A stretch of DNA of 64,000 nt from an uncultured Bacilli bacterium (GTDB lineage: Bacteria; Bacillota_I; Bacilli_A; RF39; UBA660), in NCBI GenBank assembly GCA_934098485.1, contig CAKOOH010000003.1, positions 1,706 through 65,705 of the forward strand, read 5' to 3'. The translations under genes and the position numbers were made by a program. The notes below the pieces were generated by a model that saw only the letters and a list, made by a program, of their open reading frames with translations, was not told the DNA's origin and made no database searches. Below, piece after piece: positions 1-9,303 of this stretch; the stretch's first letter is position 1, and each line of letters starts with the position of its first letter.

Positions 1-1
1 C

Positions 2-313
2 ATAATAAACGCAATTAAAACTTTATCACACATACCAGATGATATGGATTTATTAAGTCCGAGCGTTTTAAATCCTATTTTAAAATTAAGAAAAAATAAT
101 AAACCATTATCCCTACAAGAAGTTTTAATCGCGTTATCTATTTGTAGTGTTACTAATCCTATAATTGAAAAAGCAATCAACAATTTAAATAAATTAGAAG
201 GCTGTGAAGCCCATTCAACATACATTGTTCAAAATGGCGATGCAAATGCCCTAAAAAGTTTAAAAATAAACTTAACATGCGAATCCGATTTTTTTACTGA
301 TGAAATAATTTAA
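2..313 (+). CDS. C-terminal end of a DUF1846/UPF0371-family protein (5' part lies outside the window)
   Basis: The frame is open from nt 2. The tail ...LIALSICSVTNPIIEKAINNLNKLEGCEAHSTYIV...LKINLTCES resembles the conserved UPF0371 C-terminus as I remember it (ILIALAI...LGNLKGSEAHST.IL...LGINVT.DP). Confidence 0.55.
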   Translation: MINAIKTLSHIPDDMDLLSPSVLNPILKLRKNNKPLSLQEVLIALSICSVTNPIIEKAINNLNKLEGCEAHSTYIVQNGDANALKSLKINLTCESDFFTDEII

Positions 314-393
314 TAAAAACAATAACTGTAAATAACCAAAGATAATATTTACAACTAATAAAATAATATTATATAATGAGAAAGGTGAGTTAT

Positions 394-846
394 ATGGAAT
401 ATAAATTTACATCTAGAAGTATAGATGACACAATGGAGTTAGCAGAAAATATCGAATCAGAAAAATTCCCGGGAATGGTTATTTGCCTAGATGGGGAACT
501 TGGAAGTGGTAAAACCGTTTTTGTTAAAGGTTTCGCTAAATCATTAGGAATAAAAGAAACTATAACAAGTCCAACATTTAATTTAATTAAAGAATATAAT
601 AATGGAGAAATGCCACTTTATCATATGGACGTATATCGCTTAGAAGGTAAATGTGATAATATTGGTTTTGATGATTATTTTAATAAAGACGCTGTATGCA
701 TTATTGAGTGGTCTGACTTAATTTGCGATTGTTTACCAAAAGAAAGATTACAAATTGACTTTAAAATAATTGATGAAAACACTAGAATACTTATCTTAAA
801 ACCATTTGGCGAAAAATATGAAGATTTATTAAATTCAGTATTATAA
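394..846 (+). CDS. tsaE: tRNA t6A37 biosynthesis ATPase TsaE
   Basis: P-loop GELGSGKT and SPTFNL motif. RBS AAAGGTGAG precedes the ATG at 394 (the ORF-track start at 376 lacks an RBS). Lies in a tsaE-tsaB-rimI-tsaD context. Confidence 0.85.
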   Translation: MEYKFTSRSIDDTMELAENIESEKFPGMVICLDGELGSGKTVFVKGFAKSLGIKETITSPTFNLIKEYNNGEMPLYHMDVYRLEGKCDNIGFDDYFNKDAVCIIEWSDLICDCLPKERLQIDFKIIDENTRILILKPFGEKYEDLLNSVL

Positions 847-926
847 CAAAATGATGCGAAGACGCATTATTTTTTTCTCTTTTATCAAAATTAGTGTATA
901 ATAATAAATGATTTGGAAGTGATAAA

Positions 927-1502
927 ATGAAAACATTATTTATAAGTACTTATAATGATTTAATAACAATTGGTTTATTATATAATGGCCAAACTAAAAC
1001 CAAAAAAGAACAAGAATCCCATCATGGGCACAGCGTATACTTAGTCCCTCTAATCGATGAAATAACCAAAGAAAACGAAATAACTGTTAACGATTTAAAT
1101 GAGATAATTGTTGTAAATGGTCCCGGAAGCTTTACAGGTATTAGATTAGGAATAACTGTAGCTAAAACTTTGGCATACACTCTAAATATACCAATTAAAA
1201 CCATTACTAGCATTGAAGCCTTAGCAGCTAGTATAAAAGAAGCAAACAAAATAATAACAATAGATGATAATAAAGGCAAATACATTGGTATCTTTACTAA
1301 TGGAAAACTAGATAAAGACATTATTTATTTAAAAGAGGATACCGCTAAAGATTTTCTAAGTCAGCAAAGTTATAAAATTTATGCTAATGAAAATTTAGAT
1401 TTAGAACGTATTTATGAATATACTAAAGACTTAAAGCCAACCAATCCACACGCTGTTAAAGCCATCTATATAAAAGAAATAGAGGCCTTAAATGGTAGAT
1501 AA
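927..1502 (+). CDS. tsaB: tRNA t6A37 biosynthesis protein TsaB
   Basis: GPGSFTGIRLG motif typical of TsaB/YeaZ; operon context. Confidence 0.8.
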   Translation: MKTLFISTYNDLITIGLLYNGQTKTKKEQESHHGHSVYLVPLIDEITKENEITVNDLNEIIVVNGPGSFTGIRLGITVAKTLAYTLNIPIKTITSIEALAASIKEANKIITIDDNKGKYIGIFTNGKLDKDIIYLKEDTAKDFLSQQSYKIYANENLDLERIYEYTKDLKPTNPHAVKAIYIKEIEALNGR

Positions 1503-1911
1503 ATTATCTCCACTTGATATTGATGAGGTTAACAAATTAGGAAGTTTATTAAATCCTAAATTTAAAAAAGCATTTCATATAGAATCTTTAAATTATAATG
1601 AGCATATTTTAGTTTACAAAGAAGATAATAAAATTTTAGGATTTATACATTATTATATAAATTATGAAATAGTTGATTTATTAAATATAATAGTAAAAGA
1701 AGAATATCGTAATAAAATGATTGGAACCATTTTAATGGATTATATGATAACATCTCTACCTAAAACGGTTCAAAAAATTATGTTAGAAGTAGATGAAACC
1801 AATTTTCCAGCTATTAAATTCTACTATAATTTCAATTTTGAAGAAATATCAAGAAGGACTCACTATTATAATGGAAATGACGCTATTATCATGGAAAGGA
1901 AATTATTATGA
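1492..1911 (+). CDS. rimI: GNAT acetyltransferase, RimI-like
   Basis: GNAT-like core (IIVKEEYRNKMIGTILM). Occupies the canonical position between tsaB and tsaD and overlaps both neighbours. Confidence 0.65.
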   Translation: MVDKLSPLDIDEVNKLGSLLNPKFKKAFHIESLNYNEHILVYKEDNKILGFIHYYINYEIVDLLNIIVKEEYRNKMIGTILMDYMITSLPKTVQKIMLEVDETNFPAIKFYYNFNFEEISRRTHYYNGNDAIIMERKLL

Positions 1912-2918
1912 AACAAAAAGACGTATATATTTTGGCTATTGAATCATCTTGTGATGAAACAAGTATGTCAATAATTAAAAATGGTTGTGTTGATATTTCA
2001 ACCACTATATTAACCCAGATGGACACTCATGCCTCATTTGGCGGAGTAGTACCAGAAATTGCTAGTCGCATGCATAGTGAAAATATAACCATGGTTTTAG
2101 AAGATGTATTTTCCAAAACCAATATTACTATGAATGAAATAGATGCTATCGCCGTAACATATGCTCCAGGTTTATTAGGAAGTTTACTTGTTGGTTTAGA
2201 ATTTGCCAAAACCCTTGCCCTTGTTTATAAAAAACCACTTATCAAGGTTCATCACATTGCAGGACACATTTATGCCAATAATTTAGTAGATAAAATGGAG
2301 TTTCCACTTCTAGCCCTTGTTGTAAGTGGAGGACATACCGAATTAGTGTTAATGGAAGGCGATTACAAATTTAAAGTATTAGGTAAAACTTTAGATGACG
2401 CTATTGGTGAAGTATATGATAAAGTTGCCCGCGTTCTAGGAATGCCTTATCCTGGTGGCCCTCAAATAGATCGTAGTGCCGCTTTAGGAAAACCTACTTA
2501 TAAATTACCTATTCCCATGAATAACGACGAATTAAACTTTTCTTTTAGTGGTTTAAAAAGTGCTGTTATAAACCTTGTTCACAATGAAGAACAAAGAGGA
2601 AATGAAATTAATAAGGAGGATTTAGCATGCTCATTTCAAACTGTTGCCGTAGATGAATTATTAAGAAAAAGTAAAAAAGCCATTATTGAAACTAAATCCA
2701 AAAGATTTATTATTGCTGGTGGCGTAAGTGCCAATAAATATTTAAGAGAGAAAATGACTAAAATGTGTGAAGAGATGAATGTTAAATTAACTATTCCTCC
2801 CATTAAATATTGTACCGATAATGCTGCTATGATTGGCTGTGCTGCTTATCCTTTGTATTTAAAAAAAGATTTTACCACTTTCGATTTAAATGCTCAAAGT
2901 ACCTTAGATTTATTTTAA
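1908..2918 (+). CDS. tsaD: tRNA N6-adenosine threonylcarbamoyltransferase TsaD
   Basis: ILAIESSCDETS, HHIAGHI and VSGGHTEL motifs of Kae1/TsaD. Confidence 0.95.
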   Translation: MKQKDVYILAIESSCDETSMSIIKNGCVDISTTILTQMDTHASFGGVVPEIASRMHSENITMVLEDVFSKTNITMNEIDAIAVTYAPGLLGSLLVGLEFAKTLALVYKKPLIKVHHIAGHIYANNLVDKMEFPLLALVVSGGHTELVLMEGDYKFKVLGKTLDDAIGEVYDKVARVLGMPYPGGPQIDRSAALGKPTYKLPIPMNNDELNFSFSGLKSAVINLVHNEEQRGNEINKEDLACSFQTVAVDELLRKSKKAIIETKSKRFIIAGGVSANKYLREKMTKMCEEMNVKLTIPPIKYCTDNAAMIGCAAYPLYLKKDFTTFDLNAQSTLDLF

Positions 2919-2920
2919 AA

Positions 2921-2948
2921 ATAACTAGAAAACATCCAGTTATTTTTA
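2921..2948 (+). terminator. Rho-independent terminator after tsaD
   Basis: ATAACTAG / CCAGTTAT stem with a 7-nt loop, followed by a T-run. Confidence 0.6.
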
Positions 2949-3010
2949 TTTTTAATTATTTAAAGATTGATATAAAAAAATTTTTATAGTAAAATAAAAA
3001 TTGATATAAT

Positions 3011-3649
3011 ATGGAAAATGAAAAAAAGATTGAATTAAATTACAAATTATTAATAGTTTTTGCCATCGCAGTTCCATTAATTTTAGGAACCGCTTATGCA
3101 TACTTTTTGCCTAAAATCGCTGGCGATGAGCCAAGTACTATTCAAGGGACAGTTATAAAAGATATCGATTTCAAATTGATAACTCCCGAAGAAAACGGCT
3201 ATATAAATGCAACTGATTTAGTACCTATTAATGATGGAAGATATAGTGAAACAAATGAAGTAGATGACAAAGCAGCAAAGGGAAGTTTTTCTATTGAAAG
3301 TTTAACAACCAATGAAAGGAATTTAAGTTATTCCATCAGTTTTACAGATATAACTATATCTGAAGCCTTAAAAACCGAAGATTTTAGATGGCGTTTAGAA
3401 AAAGTTAACTCTTCTGGTACTGTAACTGCTACTTACGAAGGAAATTTTGCCAGTATAAATAATAATACTAGCATAACTCTTAAAACAAATCTTATTTTAG
3501 CACCTGGTGCTACCGATAATTATATAATTAAACTATGGATAACTAATACTGACTTTGATCAGTGTCCAGATCCAACCAACAAGGCAACCTGTATAATTAA
3601 TACTAGTTTTAGCGGCAAAATATCCGTTGAAGCCGAGTACACTATATAA
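3011..3649 (+). CDS. Secreted or anchored protein with a SipW-type leader (orphan member of the family at 20812, 21489 and 58477)
   Basis: N-terminus MENEKKIELNYKLLIVFAIAVPLILGTAYAYF. C-terminal motif DNYIIKLWITN...TSFSGKISVEA parallels the other family members. No Shine-Dalgarno sequence is visible. Confidence 0.6.
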   Translation: MENEKKIELNYKLLIVFAIAVPLILGTAYAYFLPKIAGDEPSTIQGTVIKDIDFKLITPEENGYINATDLVPINDGRYSETNEVDDKAAKGSFSIESLTTNERNLSYSISFTDITISEALKTEDFRWRLEKVNSSGTVTATYEGNFASINNNTSITLKTNLILAPGATDNYIIKLWITNTDFDQCPDPTNKATCIINTSFSGKISVEAEYTI

Positions 3650-3667
3650 GCACAAATGTGCTTTTTT

Positions 3668-3700
3668 TATATAAAAAAAACAAACAACTAATTGTCTGTT
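3668..3700 (-). terminator. Terminator of the XRE-family gene (minus strand)
   Basis: On the minus strand: AACAGACAA-ttag-TTGTTTGTT stem (one G.U pair) followed by T8. The stop codon lies in the loop. Confidence 0.6.
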
Positions 3701-3966
3701 TCAATACCCATTTCTTTTAACTCTTTCGAAATATCATCTTTAACAAATAATTCCATCGGAACATTTAGTTTCTTCGATAGAAAATAAAGAAAGCCTAATG
3801 AAAATGATTGCTCCGTATTTGGAGATTCTATGTTGCCAATAAAACCATTTGAATATGTTGAAAGTTGTGCAAGCTCACTTTGTGTAAGTCCTCTATACTT
3901 TCTAAATAATTTTATTCTTTTAGAAACTAATTTATAAATATAATTAACATCTTCTTTTTCTTTCAT
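3688..3966 (-). CDS. XRE-family helix-turn-helix transcriptional regulator
   Basis: RGLTQSELAQLSTYSNGFIGNIE is a typical HTH_3 segment. Confidence 0.75.
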   Translation of the reverse strand: MKEKEDVNYIYKLVSKRIKLFRKYRGLTQSELAQLSTYSNGFIGNIESPNTEQSFSLGFLYFLSKKLNVPMELFVKDDISKELKEMGIETDN

Positions 3967-4032
3967 AAAACTACTCCTTAAGGTAATTTTATCAATTAAC
4001 TTTTCTACATAATTTCAGTGTATAGAAAGTAA

Positions 4033-4725
4033 TTAAAACGCTTTTTTATTTTTAATAAACTCCCTTAATATTTTGGTCATTGCTCTTTTTTCTATACGGG
4101 AAACATAACTTCTAGAGATTTTTAACTCTTTTGCAATTTCTTTTTGGGTTTGTTCTTTAGAATTATATAAACCATATCTTTTAATAATTATTTCTTTTTC
4201 TCTTAAAGACAAACACTCAATATATTTTAAAAGCAAATCGATATTACTCTGCAAATTAATTTCTTCTGAAATATCACCATTATCCGCTTTTATAACATCA
4301 ATTAAATTAATTTCATTTCCATCTTTATCAAATCCAATTGAATCATTTAAACTTACATTATTTAAATGCTTTTTATTGCTTCTAAAATACATTAGAATTT
4401 CATTTTCTATACATCTTGCTGCATATGTAGTAAGTCTTGTTTTTTTATTTTGCTTGTAAGAATCAATTCCCTTTACTAAACCAATTGTGCCAATACTAAT
4501 TAAATCATCAATGTCATAGTTTTTGCTTTCATATTTTTTAACAATATGAGCAACTAACCTTAAATTATGCTCTATCAGTTTACTTCTAGCTTCCTTATCA
4601 CCCATATACAATTTTTTTAAACAATCTTCTTCTTCCTCTTTACTAAGTTTATCCGGAAAGACATTTATAGAATATGAACCTGTAAAAAATATTAAACTTT
4701 TTATTAAAGAAATTAAATAAAACAT
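4033..4725 (-). CDS. sigK: Sporulation sigma factor pro-SigK (uninterrupted)
   Basis: LIEHNLRLVAHIVKKY, TYAARCIENEILM, DKDGNEINLIDV and EIAKELKISRSYVSRIEKRA match B. subtilis SigK much better than SigE. It has a hydrophobic pro-sequence MFYLISLIKSLIFFTGS/YSINVFP. The ATG at 4725 follows AGAGGTG; an alternative GTG lies at 4731. Confidence 0.8.
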   Translation of the reverse strand: MFYLISLIKSLIFFTGSYSINVFPDKLSKEEEEDCLKKLYMGDKEARSKLIEHNLRLVAHIVKKYESKNYDIDDLISIGTIGLVKGIDSYKQNKKTRLTTYAARCIENEILMYFRSNKKHLNNVSLNDSIGFDKDGNEINLIDVIKADNGDISEEINLQSNIDLLLKYIECLSLREKEIIIKRYGLYNSKEQTQKEIAKELKISRSYVSRIEKRAMTKILREFIKNKKAF

Positions 4726-4797
4726 AAACACCTCTAATTAAATATATGTTTCCATGATTTATTTTATTTGATATAATTTTATTAGGTGATTTAAGTT

Positions 4798-5322
4798 ATG
4801 CTTAGTAAATTTGTTCCTGATATTTATCAAAAAAGTATATATGATATCGATTATAAAAAATTAAAGAAAAATGGAATAAAATGTTTAATATTTGACTTAG
4901 ATAATACCTTAGCGCCTATCAGCTTAAAAAAACCTAATAAAAAATTAAAAGACTTAATTGAAGATTTAAAAAGTTTAGGATTTAAAATATTAATTGTAAG
5001 TAATAGTCCTAAAAAAAGAGTAGAGCCCTTTAAAAATATTTTAGGGGTTGATTCTGCTTACTTTGCATTAAAACCTTTAAAGAATAAATATAAAAAAATT
5101 CTTAATATATACTGTTTAAAAACATCTGAAGTTGCTACTATCGGGGACCAATTACTAACCGATATATGGGGATCTAACCGAATGGAATTCTTAAGTATTC
5201 TAGTTAATCCTATTGGTACTACTGATTATGCTTTAACTAAAATTAATCGTTATATTGAGCCTTTTATATATGAAAAACTAGAAAAAAAAGAATTACTAAA
5301 GAAAGGAACTTATTATGAATAA
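4798..5322 (+). CDS. yqeG: YqeG-family HAD-IIIA phosphatase
   Basis: LIFDLDNTL motif; conserved yqeG-yqeH pairing. Confidence 0.8.
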   Translation: MLSKFVPDIYQKSIYDIDYKKLKKNGIKCLIFDLDNTLAPISLKKPNKKLKDLIEDLKSLGFKILIVSNSPKKRVEPFKNILGVDSAYFALKPLKNKYKKILNIYCLKTSEVATIGDQLLTDIWGSNRMEFLSILVNPIGTTDYALTKINRYIEPFIYEKLEKKELLKKGTYYE

Positions 5323-6283
5323 AATATGTTATGGTTGTGGTGCTAAACTTCAAACAAAAGATGCTACTCTAAGAGGATACATTCCTAAAGAAAAAGAAAA
5401 TGGCAGTTACTGTCAAAGATGCTTTCGATTAATTCATTACGGTATTAATAATGAAACTAATGCTCCTAAAAGCATCACTAGCTTAATTAACTCTATTAAC
5501 AAAGAAAATAAACTAGTCATCTTTTTAATTCCTTTCTTAACCGTGCGTTCTGATATTATCGAAATCTATAAAAAGATAACATCTCCTAAAATTTTAGTTG
5601 TAAGTAAAATTGATATTGTACCTAGAAGTATAAAATATACTAACATTAAAAATTACTTAACAAGTTACTATCAAATCGCTGATGAAATTAAATTTATAAG
5701 TAGTGTAAGTAATATTGGCATTAAAAGTTTATTAAATTATTTAAGTGAAAATAAAATAAATGAAATCGTCATTGCTGGTGAATCTAACTCCGGAAAAAGC
5801 ACTTTAATTAATAAAATTCTTGAAGAAAAGAAAAGTACTTTATCAAAAGTAACTACTAGTAATACTCCTAATACTACTTTAGATTTTATTAGAATAAATG
5901 TAAGTAAAGATTTAAATATCATTGATACCCCTGGTTTTATTTTAAAAACAATTGAGTTAAAAAGTTTAAATATCTCAAAAAAATATATTAAACCTATCAC
6001 TTTCCAAATGAAAAGTGGCGAAACTTTACAGTTAGATAGCACTTATTTATTTTTTGCAGAAAACACCAATATAACTATTTATTTAAATAATGATACCCTC
6101 ATAAAAAAATATTATAAAGAAATCTTTTTTGAAGAAAGTATCGATGTACCTGCCAACAATGATTTAATAATTAAGGGACTTGGTTTTATCAATATTAAAA
6201 ACGCTACTACCATAAAACTCCACAACTTGCATAGTGATTTATTAGAGCAAAGACCAAGTATTTTTGGAGGATTAAATGAGTAA
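5315..6283 (+). CDS. yqeH: Ribosome biogenesis GTPase YqeH (circularly permuted)
   Basis: N-terminal CxGC...CQRC zinc finger, with SKIDI (G4) preceding GESNSGKST (G1). Confidence 0.8.
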   Translation: MNKICYGCGAKLQTKDATLRGYIPKEKENGSYCQRCFRLIHYGINNETNAPKSITSLINSINKENKLVIFLIPFLTVRSDIIEIYKKITSPKILVVSKIDIVPRSIKYTNIKNYLTSYYQIADEIKFISSVSNIGIKSLLNYLSENKINEIVIAGESNSGKSTLINKILEEKKSTLSKVTTSNTPNTTLDFIRINVSKDLNIIDTPGFILKTIELKSLNISKKYIKPITFQMKSGETLQLDSTYLFFAENTNITIYLNNDTLIKKYYKEIFFEESIDVPANNDLIIKGLGFINIKNATTIKLHNLHSDLLEQRPSIFGGLNE

Positions 6284-8039
6284 AATTAAAATAATGAGCG
6301 AAGACTTATCCAATAAAATAGCCGCTGGAGAAGTTGTTGAAAGAATCGCTAATGTCGTTAAAGAACTAGTTGAAAATAGTATCGATGCTGGTAGTAAAAA
6401 TATAAAAGTAGAATTAATTGATTCGGGCTTTAAAGAAATTAAAGTAACTGATGATGGCTCCGGTATGGATAAAAACGATGCTCAAAATGCTTTTCTAAGG
6501 CATGCTACCAGTAAGCTTTATAAACTAGAAGATTTATTTTTCATAAATACTTTAGGTTTTCGTGGTGAAGCTCTTCCTAGTATTGCTTCTGTTTCTAAAA
6601 TTGAACTTACCACTTCTGATGGAAACATGGGAACGCATATCACTTTAAATGGAGGTAAAATTGATTCAGTAGAAGCCTGCAGTGCTAATAAAGGAACTAT
6701 TATTAAGGTAAAAGATTTATTTTATAATACTCCCGCCAGATTAAAATATTTAAAAAGTGAAACTACTGAGTTATCGGGCGTTACCTATTATATTGAAAGA
6801 CTTGCTTTATCATATCCCGATATTTCCTTTTATTTAAGTAATAATAATAATGTTATTGTAAACACTTTAGGAAGTAATAATTTACTTAAGACTATTCATG
6901 AATTATACGGATTAGAAGTAAGTAAAAATATGATTGAAATAAACGCTTCTAATGATGATTATGATTTACATGGATACGTTTGTAAACCCGCTATATTAAA
7001 ATCAAATCGTAACTTTATGATAATAATTGTAAACGGTAGAGTAGTAAAAAATAATGAATTAAATAAAACCATTAATGATGCTTATTACACCTATAAACCA
7101 GATATTAAATTTCCCGTTGTGGTTTTAAAAATAGAAACTGATCCCACACTAATAGATGTTAATATCCATCCTACTAAACAAGATATTAAATTTAGTAAAA
7201 TGGATGCCCTAAAGGATTTAGTTTTAAATACGATTAAAAAGGCTCTATATAACTCTTTATTAATTCCTAAAGTTGAAGTAAAAACTATTAATAATGGTCA
7301 AAATGAAATACCTATTATGAGAGATAAAGAAGAATTTGTTTTACCTGAAGAAGCACCCATGATGATTAATGATAGTTTAGATATAACTTTAGAAACTAAA
7401 CCCATTCAAAATTCTTTTGACTTTACGAAAGATGAAAAAAACGAAGAAATTAAAAAATTAGAATTATATCCTTGTGGGTTAGTAATGGGAACCTACATTG
7501 TTGCGCAAAATGATGAAGCTATGTATTTAATTGATCAGCACGCCGCTCAAGAAAGAATAAATTACGAAAAAATTATCAAAGCCTTAAAGGAAGAGAAAAA
7601 CACTATTACTGATTTATTATTTCCTATAAGTATCGAGTTAAGTCCTAGTGATTATTTAACCTTTAAAGAGCATATGAATGTCTTAACTGACTTAGGATTT
7701 AATATTGAAGAATTTGGTATTAACACTATCATTGTTAAATCTCATCCTACTTGGTTAATATCAGGATATGAAGAAGAAAATATAAGAAGAATAATTGAAT
7801 ATGTAATAACTCTTCCCAAAGAATTTGATAAAGTAAAATTTAAAGATCACATTGCCAAAACTTGTGCTTGCAAAATGAGTGTTAAAGGAAATACTAATAT
7901 AACCCATGAGCAAGCCGAAAATTTGCTTAATGATTTAGTAAAATGTGATAATCCATATAATTGTCCTCATGGAAGGCCAACAATTATTACCTTTACAAAG
8001 TATGAATTAGAAAGGATGTTTAAAAGGGTGATGGACTAA
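6276..8039 (+). CDS. mutL: DNA mismatch repair protein MutL
   Basis: IAAGEVVERIANVVKELVENSIDAG, GFRGEAL, and C-terminal QHAAQERINYE...CPHGRP. Confidence 0.95.
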   Translation: MSKIKIMSEDLSNKIAAGEVVERIANVVKELVENSIDAGSKNIKVELIDSGFKEIKVTDDGSGMDKNDAQNAFLRHATSKLYKLEDLFFINTLGFRGEALPSIASVSKIELTTSDGNMGTHITLNGGKIDSVEACSANKGTIIKVKDLFYNTPARLKYLKSETTELSGVTYYIERLALSYPDISFYLSNNNNVIVNTLGSNNLLKTIHELYGLEVSKNMIEINASNDDYDLHGYVCKPAILKSNRNFMIIIVNGRVVKNNELNKTINDAYYTYKPDIKFPVVVLKIETDPTLIDVNIHPTKQDIKFSKMDALKDLVLNTIKKALYNSLLIPKVEVKTINNGQNEIPIMRDKEEFVLPEEAPMMINDSLDITLETKPIQNSFDFTKDEKNEEIKKLELYPCGLVMGTYIVAQNDEAMYLIDQHAAQERINYEKIIKALKEEKNTITDLLFPISIELSPSDYLTFKEHMNVLTDLGFNIEEFGINTIIVKSHPTWLISGYEEENIRRIIEYVITLPKEFDKVKFKDHIAKTCACKMSVKGNTNITHEQAENLLNDLVKCDNPYNCPHGRPTIITFTKYELERMFKRVMD

Positions 8040-8374
8040 TGATTCATGATATGCATGTAGATAATGATGCCTTTATGAAAATCAAAGAAGGCACTAAAAC
8101 TGTTGAATTAAGATTAAATGATGTTAAAAGAAGAAATCTTCACGTTGGAGAAATAATTATTTTAGAAAACCGTACAAGCAAAGAAAAAATTAATGTTAAA
8201 ATTGTCGGTTTAAAAAAATATCCAAGTTTTAAAGAATTATACGCTGATTTTAGCCCTATATCTTTAGGCTATAATAAAGAAGAAACCGCATCTTATCACG
8301 ACATGGAAAAATATTATTCTAAAGAAGAAATTTTAAAATATGGCGTTTTAGCCATTGAGATAGTTTTAATATGA
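8039..8374 (+). CDS. ASCH-domain protein
   Basis: About 110 aa. The pattern FMKIKEGTKTVELRLND...GEIIILEN resembles ASC-1 homology (PUA-like) domains. Translationally coupled to mutL and miaA. Confidence 0.55.
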   Translation: MIHDMHVDNDAFMKIKEGTKTVELRLNDVKRRNLHVGEIIILENRTSKEKINVKIVGLKKYPSFKELYADFSPISLGYNKEETASYHDMEKYYSKEEILKYGVLAIEIVLI

Positions 8375-9228
8375 TTATTGTAGTAACCGGTCCAACTGGT
8401 GTTGGAAAAACCAAATTAAGTGTTGAATTAGCTAAAAAGTATCATGCTATTATTGTAAATGCTGATTCGATGCAAGTATACAAAGATTTAAATATTGGCA
8501 CCGCTAAAATAACCGAAGAAGAAAAAGAAAATATCCCTCATTATTTATTTGATATTGTAAATCCTGAAGATATGTACACAGTATATGATTATCAAAAAGA
8601 TGTAAGAAATATTTTAGATCATAATAAAGATAAGAACATTATTATAGTTGGTGGCACTGGTTTATACATTAAAGCCGCTCTTTATAATTATAAATTTACT
8701 GATGAAACATCTTTTGACGAATATGAAAATTTATCAAATGAAGAACTTTTAGATCTAGTAAGGAAAAAATATCCTGATTTAAAGGTAGACATAAATAATC
8801 GTAAAAGATTAGTTAGAGCTTTAAATAAAAAAGATGATTATGATGCATCTGGCAATCAATTATTATATAATGCTATATTTATTGGCTTAACAACTAATCG
8901 TGACAATCTATACGATATTATCAATAAGAGGGTTGATAAAATGTTTGCTTTTGGCCTATTAGAAGAAGTAAAAAAATTATATGATCAAAACATTCATAGT
9001 AAAGCCATTTATACCGGGATAGGGTATAAAGAACTATATGATTACTTTGATGGCAAAATAACTTTAGAAGAAGCTAAAGACTTAATCAAAAAAAGAAGCC
9101 GTCATTACGCTAAAAGACAATATACTTGGTTTAATAATAAAATGAATATTACTTGGTTTGAAACCAATTATGAAGATTTTTCTAAAACTGTAAATGCAGT
9201 TATTAACTATATCGAAAATATTAAGTAA
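8371..9228 (+). CDS. miaA: tRNA dimethylallyltransferase MiaA
   Basis: GPTGVGKT P-loop, DSMQVYKDLNIGTAK, GGTGLY. Confidence 0.9.
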   Translation: MIIVVTGPTGVGKTKLSVELAKKYHAIIVNADSMQVYKDLNIGTAKITEEEKENIPHYLFDIVNPEDMYTVYDYQKDVRNILDHNKDKNIIIVGGTGLYIKAALYNYKFTDETSFDEYENLSNEELLDLVRKKYPDLKVDINNRKRLVRALNKKDDYDASGNQLLYNAIFIGLTTNRDNLYDIINKRVDKMFAFGLLEEVKKLYDQNIHSKAIYTGIGYKELYDYFDGKITLEEAKDLIKKRSRHYAKRQYTWFNNKMNITWFETNYEDFSKTVNAVINYIENIK

Positions 9229-9252
9229 AGAAAAGCATCTTTACTTTTTATA
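9224..9252 (+). terminator. Rho-independent terminator after miaA
   Basis: AAGTAAAG / CTTTACTT stem followed by TTTTAT. Confidence 0.6.
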
Positions 9253-9303
9253 TGTCTTTTGTTTTCTTATAAATTATTATATAATAACAAGTGGTGATAT
9301 TTT

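Noticed and set aside
1022-1321. 99-aa ORF antisense to tsaB
   Set aside because: It lies entirely inside a well-supported gene on the opposite strand, has no RBS, and has the hydrophobic or low-complexity composition typical of shadow ORFs in A+T-rich DNA. The same reasoning applies to 2027-2209, 9906-10109, 10858-11058, 11433-11649, 13669-13881, 15044-15229 and 16183-16383.
4741-4748. Shared ACATATATTT(T)AATT motif upstream of sigK (minus strand) and of the cse60-like gene (38509-38522) as a SigE-type -10 element (CATAcAnT)
   Set aside because: At sigK the motif ends only ~6 nt before the RBS, so a transcript starting there would lack the SD. Such A/T strings are expected by chance in this composition. 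It is not reportable without TSS data.
5737-6042. 101-aa ORF antisense to yqeH
   Set aside because: Shadow ORF inside a conserved GTPase gene; no translation signals.
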